From Pseudomonadota bacterium (lineage in GTDB: Bacteria; Pseudomonadota; Gammaproteobacteria; Steroidobacterales; Steroidobacteraceae), in assembly GCA_023433705.1 (NCBI GenBank), contig JAEYUC010000051.1, positions 18,968-82,967 on the forward strand: DNA of 64,000 bases, in the 5' to 3' direction. Below are positions 48,680 to 59,300 of the stretch, one piece after another. The notes below the pieces were generated by a model. That model did not search any database. It was given only the letters and a program-made list of their open reading frames with translations, and was not told where the DNA came from. Numbering within the stretch: position 1 is the stretch's first letter; each line of letters begins with the position of its first letter. The translations under genes and the position numbers were made by a program.

Positions 48680-51532
48680 ATGAGATCAGTTGCGGGACTC
48701 GTCTGCGTCGCATTGCTCGCGGCCTGCGGAGCTAACAAGTCGGACGGTTCGTTCGTTCAAGGAGACCGCGGCGTCGTCGTCACGCCGGCCAGCGACGAGT
48801 CGAAGCGAGTGCGCCTCGAAGTCGTCGGCGACCGCATCGTGCGCGTCACGTCGGTCGCGGAAGGCAATCTCGATCTGCCGAAGAGCCTCATGGTGGTCGA
48901 GACGACGGCGCCCGCGCCGAAATTCGCAGTCGAGCGGCGCGAGGGCGAAGTCGTCCTGACTACATCGCAGATCGTCGCGACGGTGTCACTGGCCGACGGC
49001 CGGGTGAAGTTCGCGGACAAGTCCGGCAACCCGCTGCTCGCGGAGGACGCAACCAGTGCGCCTTCGAAGGGTGTATCGCAACGCTTCAATTCCGGCACCG
49101 ACGAGGGTTTCTTCGGCGGTGGCCAGCACCAGTACGGCATGGTGAATCTGAACGGCGAAGACGTGGAGCTGTCGCAGCACAACTCGGATATCGCCGTGCC
49201 GTTCGTCGTCTCGACCCGCAACTACGGCGTGCTCTGGGACAACAACGGCATTTCCCGTATCGGCGATCCGAAGCCGTACGGTCTCGCGTCCCGCGATCTC
49301 GTCATCCGCGATGCGAACGGCAACCCGGGCGGTTTCACGGCGCGGTATTCGCTCGGCGGCGTGCAGAAACTCGAGCGCGTCGAGAAGGACATCAACTACC
49401 AGTACATCCGCGACCGCTTCGACTGGCCCAAGGAACTGCTCGAACCGAAGACGCCCGTGCCCGGGGCGCCGCCCAACATCCTGCCTAACCAGTCGGTGGT
49501 GTGGGAAGGCACGCTCGAGACGCAGAAGCCGGGCGCGCACAAGTTCCAGCTGTACGGCAGCAGCTATTTCAAGGTGTACGTCGACGACGCGCTGGTGCTC
49601 GATCGCTGGCGCCAGAACTGGAACCCGTTGTACCACCCGTTCGACGTCACGATGGACGCGAAGAAGCCGACCCGGATCCGCATCGAGTGGATTCCGGACG
49701 GCGGTTACATCGCGCTGCTGCACAACGATCCGCTGCCCGAGGCCGAGCGCCATTCGCTCACGTTCACGTCCGACGTCGGCCGCGCGGTCGACTACTACTT
49801 CGTGCAGGGCTCGGACCAGGACGAGGTCATCGCCGGATATCGCACGCTCACGGGCAAGTCGGTGATGCTGCCGAAGTGGGCCTACGGCTTCTGGCAGAGC
49901 CGCCAGCGCTACACGAACCAGAAGGAACTGGTCGACGTGGTCGCCGAGTACCGCAAGCGCAAGATCCCGCTCGACAACATCGTGCTCGACTGGTTCTACT
50001 GGAAAGAGGATTCCTGGGGATCGCACGAGTTCGACGAGGCGCGTTTCCCGGATCCGAAGGGCATGGTCGAGGCCGTGCACGCGCAAAATGCGCGGCTCAT
50101 GATCTCCGTGTGGCCGAAGTTCTACCCGACCACGGCTAACTACAAGGAGCTGGACGCCGCGGGCTTCATCTACCGCAAGAACGTCGAGGACGGCTATCTC
50201 GACTGGGTCGGCCCGGGCTACAAGAACGCGTTCTACGATCCGTATTCGAAGGCGGCGCGCGAGATGTACTGGCGCCAGGTCAACGAGAAGCTGGGAGTGC
50301 TCGGCATCGATGCGTGGTGGATGGACGCCACAGAGCCGGATCCCCACTCGAACCTGGACATAGATTCGCTGATCGCGCGCAACGGTCCGACGGCGCTCGG
50401 CCCGGCGGAGCAGTTCTTCAACACCTACGCGCTCGTCCACTCGGGCGGCGTCTATGAAGGCGCGCGCGCGGCGCGGCCGGACACGCGCGTCTTCATCCTC
50501 ACGCGTTCGGGCACCGCGGGCATCCAGCGCAACGCGTCGGCGGTTTGGAGCGGCGACATCGTTTCGCGCTGGGACGATCTGTACAACCAGATTTCGGCGG
50601 GCGTGAGCACCGGATACTCGGGCCTGCCCAACTGGACGTTCGACATCGGCGGGTTCGCGCTCGAGCAGCGGTTCAGCACCCGGAAGCCGAAGCCGGAGGA
50701 TCTGGCGGAGTGGCGCGAACTCAACCTGCGGTGGTTCCAGCTCGGCGCGTTCGCGCCCATCTTCCGCTCGCACGGCGAGTTCCCGTTTCGCGAGATCTAC
50801 AACCTCGCGCCGCAAGGATCCGAGGTCTACGAAAGCCTCGTGTGGCACGACAAGCTGCGTTATCGCCTGATGCCGTACATCTATACGCTGGCCGCGGACA
50901 CGCACCATCGCGACGGCACGATCATGCGCGGCCTCGCGATGGACTTCGCCGACGACGTCGCCGCGCGCAACGTGCGTGACGAGTACCTGTTCGGCAAGGC
51001 GTTCCTGGTGGCGCCGGTGTACAAGCACCGGGCGCGTTCGCGCCAGGTCTATCTACCCGCGGGCGCCGAATGGTACGACTTCCACACCGGCGCGTTGCAG
51101 TCGGGCGGCCAGAGCATCGAGGCGGCGGCTCCGCTCGCGCGCATGCCGCTGTACGTGCGCGCCGGTTCGATCGTGCCCGTGGGTCCCGAAATACAGCACA
51201 CGGCGGAGAAGCCGGACGCTCCCATCACGCTGCTCGTGTTCACGGGCGCGGACGGGTCCTTCGACTACTACGAGGACGACGGCCTCACGTACGGCTACGA
51301 GCGCGGCGAGTTCTCGCGAATTCCGCTGCGTTTCGACGCCGGGCGGAATTCGCTCGTCATCGGCGCGCGCTCCGGCAGCTACAAGGGCATGCCCGCGAAG
51401 CGCACCTTCCGCGTGCGCTGGGTCCGTCCCGGCGCGAAGGCTCCGGCAGACCTGGACGCGGCCGCGGATGCCACCGTGGAGTACACCGGCGCCGAAATCG
51501 AGGTGCTATCGGGGGCAGCCCCCGTTTCCTAG
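48680..51532 (+). CDS. GH31 glycoside hydrolase lipoprotein with a PA14 insert (alpha-xylosidase-like)
   Basis: MRSVAGLVCVALLAACG carries a lipobox. The PA14-like stretch is ...FTARYSLGG...WEGTLETQKPGAHKFQLYGSSYFKVYVDDALVLDRW. The GH31 core is KWAYGFWQSRQRY...IDAWWMDATEPD... Confidence 0.85.
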   Translation: MRSVAGLVCVALLAACGANKSDGSFVQGDRGVVVTPASDESKRVRLEVVGDRIVRVTSVAEGNLDLPKSLMVVETTAPAPKFAVERREGEVVLTTSQIVATVSLADGRVKFADKSGNPLLAEDATSAPSKGVSQRFNSGTDEGFFGGGQHQYGMVNLNGEDVELSQHNSDIAVPFVVSTRNYGVLWDNNGISRIGDPKPYGLASRDLVIRDANGNPGGFTARYSLGGVQKLERVEKDINYQYIRDRFDWPKELLEPKTPVPGAPPNILPNQSVVWEGTLETQKPGAHKFQLYGSSYFKVYVDDALVLDRWRQNWNPLYHPFDVTMDAKKPTRIRIEWIPDGGYIALLHNDPLPEAERHSLTFTSDVGRAVDYYFVQGSDQDEVIAGYRTLTGKSVMLPKWAYGFWQSRQRYTNQKELVDVVAEYRKRKIPLDNIVLDWFYWKEDSWGSHEFDEARFPDPKGMVEAVHAQNARLMISVWPKFYPTTANYKELDAAGFIYRKNVEDGYLDWVGPGYKNAFYDPYSKAAREMYWRQVNEKLGVLGIDAWWMDATEPDPHSNLDIDSLIARNGPTALGPAEQFFNTYALVHSGGVYEGARAARPDTRVFILTRSGTAGIQRNASAVWSGDIVSRWDDLYNQISAGVSTGYSGLPNWTFDIGGFALEQRFSTRKPKPEDLAEWRELNLRWFQLGAFAPIFRSHGEFPFREIYNLAPQGSEVYESLVWHDKLRYRLMPYIYTLAADTHHRDGTIMRGLAMDFADDVAARNVRDEYLFGKAFLVAPVYKHRARSRQVYLPAGAEWYDFHTGALQSGGQSIEAAAPLARMPLYVRAGSIVPVGPEIQHTAEKPDAPITLLVFTGADGSFDYYEDDGLTYGYERGEFSRIPLRFDAGRNSLVIGARSGSYKGMPAKRTFRVRWVRPGAKAPADLDAAADATVEYTGAEIEVLSGAAPVS

Positions 51533-51605
51533 CAAAAGGGGGCAGGCACCGCCCAATACACCCTGTCGGGTGTTGGTCTTCGATTGGGAAACGGGGGCTG
51601 CCCCC
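51511..51605. repeat. nested inverted repeat (GGGGGCAGCCCCCGTTTCC / GGAAACGGGGGCTGCCCCC)
   Basis: 19-nt perfect arms at 51511-51529 and 51587-51605. Each arm is itself a GGGGGC-N-GCCCCC mini-palindrome. The left arm overlaps the last GH31 codons and its stop. Confidence 0.75.
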
Positions 51606-51655
51606 CTTACACTGTGCCGGCGAGGGGGTGTTCTCTACTAACAAGGGAGTGCACC

Positions 51656-53119
51656 GTGGCAAAGATTCCCGCCGGCGTCGGCCCGCGGTTTCCCCAGGTC
51701 GTCATCCTGGTCGGCGCGACGGGTGATCTCGCGCGCCGCAAGTTGATTCCGGGGCTGCTGCATCTCGCGACCGCGGGTTTTATACCCGCCTGCCGCATCA
51801 TCGGCGTCTCGCTCGACGATTTCGACGCCTCCGCGTTTCGCGCATTCGCGCGCGCCGCGATCGACGAATTCGCCGCGCGCAAGATCTCCAACGACGACTG
51901 GAATGCGTTCGCGGGGTCGCTCGACTACGTACCGCTGAAGGCAGGTCCCGCCGCGCTCGCGGCCGCGGTGGCCGCCGCGGAGAAATCCTTCGGCGCCGAG
52001 AGCCGGCGCTTGCACTATCTATCCGTTCCGCCGGGCGCGGCGCTCGCCGCGGTGCGCATGCTGGGCGAGGCGGGCCTGGTCGCCAATTCGCGCATCATCA
52101 TGGAGAAGCCGTTCGGCGCCGATCTCGCGAGCGCCGTCGAGCTCAACGCGAAGCTCCACGAGGTGTTCGCGGAGCAGCAGATCTTCCGCATCGACCACTA
52201 CCTGGGCAAGGAGCCGGCGCAGAACATCCTCGCCTTCCGCTTCGCCAATGGCCTGTTCGAGCCGATCTGGAACCGCAACTTCATCGATCACGTGCAGATC
52301 GACGTTCCGGAGACGCTCGGTCTCGGCAAGCGCTCGGCCTTCTACGAATCCACCGGCGCCTATCGCGACATGGTGGTCACGCACCTGTTCCAGATCCTCG
52401 GCTTCATGGCGATGGAGCCGCCGACGCACCTGGCGCCGCAGCCCATCAGCGAAGAGAAGAACAAGGTGTTCCGCAGCATGCTGCCGATCCAGCCGGCGGA
52501 CGTCGTGCGCGGCCAGTACAACGGGTATCGCAGCGAGGAGGGCGTCTCTTCCGATTCGGACACCGAGACCTTCATCGCCCTCAAGTGCTCCATCGACAAC
52601 TGGCGCTGGGCCGGCGTGCCGTTCTATCTACGCACCGGCAAGCGTCTGGCCGAAGGCCAGCGCATCATCTCGATCGCGTTCCGCGAACCGCCCAGGACCA
52701 TGTTCCCCGCGGATTCGGGCATCGGCGCACACGGGCCCGACCACCTGACATTCGATCTTGCCGATGCGGCGCGCACTTCGTTGTCCTTCTACGGAAAGCG
52801 TCCGGGCCCCGGCATGAAACTCGACAAGCATAGCCTGCAGTTCGCGATGAACGACACGGGCCAGGTCGGCGACGTGCTCGAAGCTTACGAACGCCTCATC
52901 CTCGATGCGATGCGCGGTGATCACACGTTGTTCACCACGGCCGAAGGGATCGAACGCCTCTGGGAACTATCCGTCCCGTTGCTCGAGTCGCCGCCGCCCG
53001 TGAAGGGTTACGCCCCGGGCTCATGGGGTCCCAACGCGATCCACCAGCTCATCGCGCCGCATGCCTGGCGACTGCCGTTCGAGCGCGCCTGGCGAGACCC
53101 GAACAAACAGGGCAGCTAG
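51656..53119 (+). CDS. zwf: glucose-6-phosphate dehydrogenase
   Basis: The GTG at 51656 lies 6 nt after AAGGGAG. VVILVGATGDLARRKLIPGL...RIDHYLGKE...; 487 aa. Confidence 0.9.
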   Translation: MAKIPAGVGPRFPQVVILVGATGDLARRKLIPGLLHLATAGFIPACRIIGVSLDDFDASAFRAFARAAIDEFAARKISNDDWNAFAGSLDYVPLKAGPAALAAAVAAAEKSFGAESRRLHYLSVPPGAALAAVRMLGEAGLVANSRIIMEKPFGADLASAVELNAKLHEVFAEQQIFRIDHYLGKEPAQNILAFRFANGLFEPIWNRNFIDHVQIDVPETLGLGKRSAFYESTGAYRDMVVTHLFQILGFMAMEPPTHLAPQPISEEKNKVFRSMLPIQPADVVRGQYNGYRSEEGVSSDSDTETFIALKCSIDNWRWAGVPFYLRTGKRLAEGQRIISIAFREPPRTMFPADSGIGAHGPDHLTFDLADAARTSLSFYGKRPGPGMKLDKHSLQFAMNDTGQVGDVLEAYERLILDAMRGDHTLFTTAEGIERLWELSVPLLESPPPVKGYAPGSWGPNAIHQLIAPHAWRLPFERAWRDPNKQGS

Positions 53120-53150
53120 GGAGGGAGGGAGGCGGCTCCCCGAGATTCCC

Positions 53151-53196
53151 AATTAACAATCATTCTCAGTTGCAAACGCGAATGATTCGCAATAGG
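53151..53196. promoter_or_regulatory. candidate Fur operator(s) upstream of the TonB-dependent receptor
   Basis: AATCATTC (53158-53165) and GAATGATT (53180-53187) form a perfect 8-bp inverted repeat. The two overlapping 19-mers match the Fur consensus GATAATGATAATCATTATC at 12 of 19 and 11 of 19 positions. Confidence 0.45.
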
Positions 53197-53281
53197 CTTT
53201 GAGCCGCATCACCCCGATATCCAGTTATTCCATCCGGATAGCCGGAGTTTCGGGGCCTCACGAAACTCAGGGAGCTTTTGC

Positions 53282-55594
53282 GTGCCGATTTCCGATTCCG
53301 ATCTGGACTTGCCGTTTGCCCGCCGTCGCATTGCCGTAGCCATCAGCCTCGCGCTCGCCGCGGGCGCCGCGCACGCGCAGACCGCCACGGATACGTCGAC
53401 CACTGGAGAGACCAAGACCCTCTCGAAGATTTCCGTCGAGGCCACCGAGGCCGAGGAAACGCCGAAGGTCGATCGTGTGTCGTCGCCCAAGTTCACGCAG
53501 GATCTCATCGACATCCCGCAGACGATCACGGTCGTCAGCAGGGAAGTGCTCACTCAGCAAGGCGCGACCACGCTCTCGCAGGCGCTGCGCAACACGCCCG
53601 GTGTGACGTTCCTGCTGGGCGAGAACGGCAACACCGCGACCGGCGATTCCGTCTTCATGCGCGGCTTCGACACACAAGGCTCCATCTTCATCGACGGCAT
53701 CCGCGACCTGGGCGCGGTGTCGCGCGACGTCTTCAACACGGAGCAGGTGGAAATCGCCAAGGGTCCGGCGGGTCCGGATTACGGCCGCAGCGCCGCGTCC
53801 GGATACATCAACCTCGCCAGCAAGGTTCCGACCGCGGACAGCTTCAACTCGGGCGCCGTGAGTTACGGCACCGCGGAGAATGCGCGCATCACCGGCGACG
53901 TGAATCATCGCTTCGAAGGAACCGGTGCCGCATTCCGCCTCAACGTGATGGCGCAGGACGGCGAAGTCGACGGCCGCGACTTCATCGAGCGCAAGGGCTG
54001 GGCCGTGGCGCCGTCGCTCGCGTTCGGCCTGGAAGGCGACACGCGTGCTTATTTCTATCTACTGCACACGCAGCAGGACAACATTCCGGACGGTGGCGTG
54101 CCGACGATCGGCCTCGAGGGTTTCTACAACGCGGCGTTCGATACCGGTGGCGCACACGCGGGCCTGGTCCCCGATCGCGTGGATCGGAACAACTACTACG
54201 GTTTCACGAGCGACTTCGAGGACATCGAGGCGACGATGTTCACGGCTCGCTTCGAGCACGATTTCAGCGAGAACGTCACGCTGCGCAATACCTCGCGCTA
54301 CGGCAAGCTGAACCAGTTCTACGTGCTCACCGGCGTCAACGCGCTCAACGTGACGGCCGCCGATCCGGACGACTGGACCGTGGCGCGCACGCGGCAGTCC
54401 AGGTTCCAGGACAACACGCTGCTCACCAACCAGACGAACGTGACCGCCAACCTGCAGACCGGAAGCGTGGGCCACGCCATCACGGGCGGTGTCGAGTTCA
54501 TCGACGAAGAGCAGTACACGCCCCTGTATCTCGCCGCGAGCCTTGGCAGTCCCATACCGCCGGCAAACGTGTACAACCCCAACCGCAACGACGTGCTGCC
54601 GGGCTACGCCCCGACGCGCGACGGCCGCTACACGCGTGGCGAGACGCAGACCGTCGGCGCCTATCTGTTCGATACGCTGAGCTTCGGCGAGAAATGGCAG
54701 CTCACGGCCGGCTTCCGCGTGGATGACTTCGAGACCAACGTGGACGGCGTGGTGTTCTCGACGGAGGCCTCGCACCCGACACTGCCCGTGAATACGCTCG
54801 TGCCGCAGAACTTCCAGATCGACGACACGTTGTTCTCATACAAGGTGGGCCTGCTGTACAAGCCCGTGCCGAACGGCAGCATCTATCTGTCGCACGCAAC
54901 GTCGCAGCAGCCGCCGGGCGGAGCCAACTTCACGTTCTCGGCGAACGCGAACAACCAGAACAACCCGGCGCTGGATCCCACCGAGGGCACGAACCTCGAA
55001 CTCGGCGCCAAGTGGGAGTTCCGCGACGGCGCGCTGGCGGTGACCGGCGCCCTCTATGACAGCACCAACAAGGACGAGATCGCGCAGGATCCGGTGGATC
55101 CGACGCAGTTCGTGCAGATCGGCGAGCGCAACGTGAAGGGCATCGAGCTCGGCATCGTCGGCAAGCTCACCGATGCCTGGGAGCTGAGCGCGGGCGTTTC
55201 GAAGATGGACACCGAGGTCAAGCGCGGACTCGCCAACCAGGCCGGCCTGCCGATCACCTGGTCGCCCGAGTTCACGTTCACGAGCTGGACTACCTACCAC
55301 CTGCCGTTCGGGCTTTCGATCGGCGGCGGGGTCCGCTACGTCGACAGCGTGATCCGCCCGGTGAGCGCGAACAACGTGCCGCCGCCGCCCAACCAGACCA
55401 ACATGCGCACCGCGCCCGACTACTGGGTGGTGGACATGATGGCGTCCTATGCCATCAACGACAACGTGACGCTGCAGTTGAACGGCTACAACCTCACGGA
55501 CGAGCTGTACGTGGCCACGCTCAACAACAGCGGCGCCCGCTACTCGCCCGGCGCGCCGCGGTCGGCGCTGCTCACGGTGAATTTCAGCTTCTGA
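53282..55594 (+). CDS. TonB-dependent (catecholate-type, Fiu-like) siderophore receptor
   Basis: 770 aa with a GTG start and a signal peptide. The plug reads ...[32 protein letters not shown]...; the protein ends in ...TVNFSF. A PiuC/YbiX-like gene follows. Confidence 0.88.
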   Translation: MPISDSDLDLPFARRRIAVAISLALAAGAAHAQTATDTSTTGETKTLSKISVEATEAEETPKVDRVSSPKFTQDLIDIPQTITVVSREVLTQQGATTLSQALRNTPGVTFLLGENGNTATGDSVFMRGFDTQGSIFIDGIRDLGAVSRDVFNTEQVEIAKGPAGPDYGRSAASGYINLASKVPTADSFNSGAVSYGTAENARITGDVNHRFEGTGAAFRLNVMAQDGEVDGRDFIERKGWAVAPSLAFGLEGDTRAYFYLLHTQQDNIPDGGVPTIGLEGFYNAAFDTGGAHAGLVPDRVDRNNYYGFTSDFEDIEATMFTARFEHDFSENVTLRNTSRYGKLNQFYVLTGVNALNVTAADPDDWTVARTRQSRFQDNTLLTNQTNVTANLQTGSVGHAITGGVEFIDEEQYTPLYLAASLGSPIPPANVYNPNRNDVLPGYAPTRDGRYTRGETQTVGAYLFDTLSFGEKWQLTAGFRVDDFETNVDGVVFSTEASHPTLPVNTLVPQNFQIDDTLFSYKVGLLYKPVPNGSIYLSHATSQQPPGGANFTFSANANNQNNPALDPTEGTNLELGAKWEFRDGALAVTGALYDSTNKDEIAQDPVDPTQFVQIGERNVKGIELGIVGKLTDAWELSAGVSKMDTEVKRGLANQAGLPITWSPEFTFTSWTTYHLPFGLSIGGGVRYVDSVIRPVSANNVPPPPNQTNMRTAPDYWVVDMMASYAINDNVTLQLNGYNLTDELYVATLNNSGARYSPGAPRSALLTVNFSF

Positions 55595-55619
55595 GCCCGA
55601 CTGTGCGAGCATCCGGCGC

Positions 55620-56300
55620 ATGCTGATTCGCGTGCCGAACCTGTTGAGCGCCGAGCAGGTGGCGGAGTGCCGCCGCCTGCTCGACGCCGCCGAATGGACG
55701 GACGGCAAGTCGACCGTCGGCGAGCAGGGCGCGCTGGTGAAGCGCAATCGGCAACTTCCCGAACTGTCGCCGGTTTCCCGGCAGCTCGGCGAGCTCATCC
55801 TCACCGCGCTCGCGCGCAATCCGTTGTTCTTTTCCGCCGCGCTGCCGCTCAAGACCGTGCCGCCGCTGTTCAACCGCTACGAGGGCGGCGAGCACTACGG
55901 CATGCACATCGACGGCGCCGTGCGCGCGGTGCCGGGCAGCACGCACTTCATCCGCACGGACCTGTCCTCGACGCTGTTCCTGACGGATCCGGCCGACTAC
56001 GACGGCGGCGAGCTCATCGTCCAGGACACCTACGGCGAGCACTCGGTCAAACTACCCGCCGGCGACCTGATCCTGTACAACTCCGGCAGCCTGCATCGCG
56101 TGAATCCCGTGACCCGCGGCGCCCGCATCTGCTCGTTTTTCTGGACGCAGAGCATGATTCCCGACGATCGCCACCGCGAGCACCTCTTCCGGCTCGACCA
56201 GACCATCCAGAAGCTGCGCGGCAGGATCGGCGAGACCGACGAAACCGTCGCGCTGGCCGGGCACTATCACAACCTGCTCAGGATGTGGTCGGAGATCTGA
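55620..56300 (+). CDS. piuC: Fe(II)/2-oxoglutarate-dependent oxygenase, PiuC/YbiX family
   Basis: 226 aa, [34 protein letters not shown]...[16 protein letters not shown]... Confidence 0.8.
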   Translation: MLIRVPNLLSAEQVAECRRLLDAAEWTDGKSTVGEQGALVKRNRQLPELSPVSRQLGELILTALARNPLFFSAALPLKTVPPLFNRYEGGEHYGMHIDGAVRAVPGSTHFIRTDLSSTLFLTDPADYDGGELIVQDTYGEHSVKLPAGDLILYNSGSLHRVNPVTRGARICSFFWTQSMIPDDRHREHLFRLDQTIQKLRGRIGETDETVALAGHYHNLLRMWSEI

Positions 56301-59300
56301 TACTCCACTATCCGTTAATCCGGGATCGGTTCCGCTTAATCCAAGCGTCTATTCTTCCTGCAAGTTAATTGGTTCCCTCTTCAGGAACGGTACCAATAAT
56401 GAATATTTCCGTGACGAACTACTCAGCCACGAGTGTTCGCGTACCCTGGCTGTCTATCTAGGCTAATCAGAAGCGTATTGTCAGATGCAATCGCTAGCAT
56501 CGACAACCAACACGTCAGATTCTGTTCGGAGAGGCCAATGGCGGAGATCGAAGCGCTTCCGTTGCACCTTCATACGCTGGATAGCTTGAGCGACGATCTG
56601 CTGGCTGGGCGGAAGGTGCTGTTCGCGGACTCTGCAGAAACTGGGGAGATCTTCGTCCTTAGTGAGAACGAGAGAAGGGTCTTTTCTTGGTATAGCCAGA
56701 ACCGCGGCAAGTGGGCAAAGAATTGCCTGAAGGAAGATGTGGAAGCCATTGCGGCGACTCTTGGCAACGCTCTGCCAAAAACGCGCGATCGTCAACTTCG
56801 AGACGGACCAAAGCGCGTTCGCCATTTTCATCTCTTGAAGATCCGAGCATTTCGGTTCGGGGGCCTTCATCTATTTGGCAGTGCAATCGCTGACAAGCCG
56901 CCAGTATTTGAGTTTGCATGCTCAAGTCCAATGACTCTTGTGCAGGGTAAGAACGGCTCAGGGAAGACTTCGCTTCTTAACGCCATTACTTGGTGTCTTA
57001 CAGGCCACGTATTTCGGCCCTCAAGCGAGCCAGAACCGGGAGCTGGCCCAATTGAGGTTTCTAATAGCGAATCTGAGGGCCAGACATGGGAACTTGCCGG
57101 TGTTACCCCCCTTCCGCCGCGGGATGCTCTCGCGGGCTTTCCGAGCCGTGGAGTTCCGCTTGATACATGGGTCGAACTGATACTCGGCACTGAGGACGGC
57201 GCCGAGTACGCAGTGAGGCGTGAACTAACGCGAACAGCCAGGGGAAATGTTCAGGAGCAGATTACCGGGCTATCGGAACTCGGCTTGGATCCAATAAGCC
57301 TTGAGCTCGGGACCAAAATGCCCGGGCTGCTTCCATATATTCGGCTTGGAACTCGGCCATCGGAACTCGGAAAAGCTATTGCTCAACTAACTGGGTTAGC
57401 GCCCCTTCGCGATCTATCTAAGCATGCGTCTAAAGCATATGAGAAATTAACAGCAGAACTACCAAAGGAACGCCGCGCCGATATTGCTGTCGTTGAATCG
57501 ACCTACTTAGCTGACCAGAAAAAGCTGGATGACCTGGTAAAGGTTCATCCCTTGATTGCAGAGAAACCAATACTGGTTCCCAAGCCTTCCGATGAGAATG
57601 CAGCATCCCAACTAGATGCGTTGCAGGGCCAACTCGACGGGCTTTGTGCACAACTGCTTGAAGACGTTGAGGGCGTACTGACGACGGATTTCGATCCGTC
57701 GGTCGCAACCGATAGGGCCGCTCTCGCCAATGACTTGCCATTGTGTAGAGCCGCGTGCAGACCAAGCAACCTACTAACTTTGGCCTCGGTCGCGAGAATC
57801 TCGGGTCTCAAGGGACTTGAGGAAAATCAACTTGGAGATGCGGAGAAAGTCATCGCCGAGTTGGAACTGCAGGCAAGTGAGCTGCTCGAACTTGCAAAAG
57901 AACCAAGGGCCGCCTCCCGCACTCGTCTTTACGCATCGGTCGGCTCATGGATGAGAAACGAAAAATTCACCGATTCACGCCATTGCCCGGTCTGTATTGG
58001 TGAGCTTGGTAAAGCAAAGGACCCGATCACAAATGTAGAAATCGAAAAACTCCTTGAAGAACACCGAAATGGCGGCCGGTCGCACCTTTCATTGACTACA
58101 GATCAATGGGTGAATTCGGCGCGTCAACGCCTTAAGGACGCGCTTCCAACGGCGCTGGCAGCTGAGCTGACATCTGCGAAGTTGGTGAATCCAATTTCCC
58201 AAATTTCCGATGAGATGGTTGATGATCTGTTTCGACTGGAATGCTTCTCTGGGCCGCTCAAGAGTCTAAAAGCCAAACTAAAAGATCAGGCGCGAGCACT
58301 TGCCGGTAAGCTGCCATCATTCGAAGTCGATGGAGCAGCAATTCCGCATATCGCGCGCCTCTCGAGTGCTCTCGCGCAGATGATTGAGAAAGTTCGAGCC
58401 GCCATCGCCGCTGCTCGGTGGCGTCGAAAGAACGAGAGAGAGTGCCGAATTTTCTACTTCGGCCTAGTTGGACGAGATAAGCGGCAAGCCACTGAACAGC
58501 AACAGGAGGAAATCGAAAGCCCTACTGAAGGGACATTGCTCGACATTCTCACGGCGCTCGATCGAATCGTTCAATCTGCTGGGCCGGCAGCGGACGCTGC
58601 ATCACTTGTGCGTGCGCTTTCAAAATCACTCAATTCTCGGGCTGCACTCGAATCAAGAATAGAGACATATATCGAGGCTTCGAAAGCCGTGAAGACGTTA
58701 GGAGGACTAGGAACACTAGTTGATCGGCAAATCGAGGGGTTGCAGACTCACCTGCATGAGAAAACTGAACAACTCCGTAACGCTATTTATCAGTCCGCCT
58801 ATTCAAATTCGGCATCGCCCAAACTCAATCGCACTCGGGTGTCAAACGACGGATCTCTCAGCCTAGAAGTCGAGCGGAACGGAACTTGCGCGCCAGCACA
58901 AATCGTTGGAAATGCGTCTGATCTTCGCGCAACTCTCCTCGCGTTCCTATTCTCGTTTTGGTTGCACGTATCGAAGACACGAGGCGGACTTAGTATCTTC
59001 CTGCTTGATGATCCGCAAGAGTTGTTTGATCCAGATAATCGTCGTCGGGTCGCTAACGGAATTCCGCAACTCGTAAAGGAAGGGGCGCGACCTATTGTTG
59101 CCTGCAACGATGACCGATTTTCAGAGAAACTTGGGAGTGCAGACGGATGCGATAGACGTGAAATCAAACCAGCAGGGAAGGTCTGTCCAGTAGCAAGGGT
59201 TTTGCCCCATGAGGTTTCCATAGACAGAAAACGTCACGCCTTCGAATCGCCGGTGAACGAGGAAGATCATTCAATTGCACAAGACTATGTTGGTTCGCTT

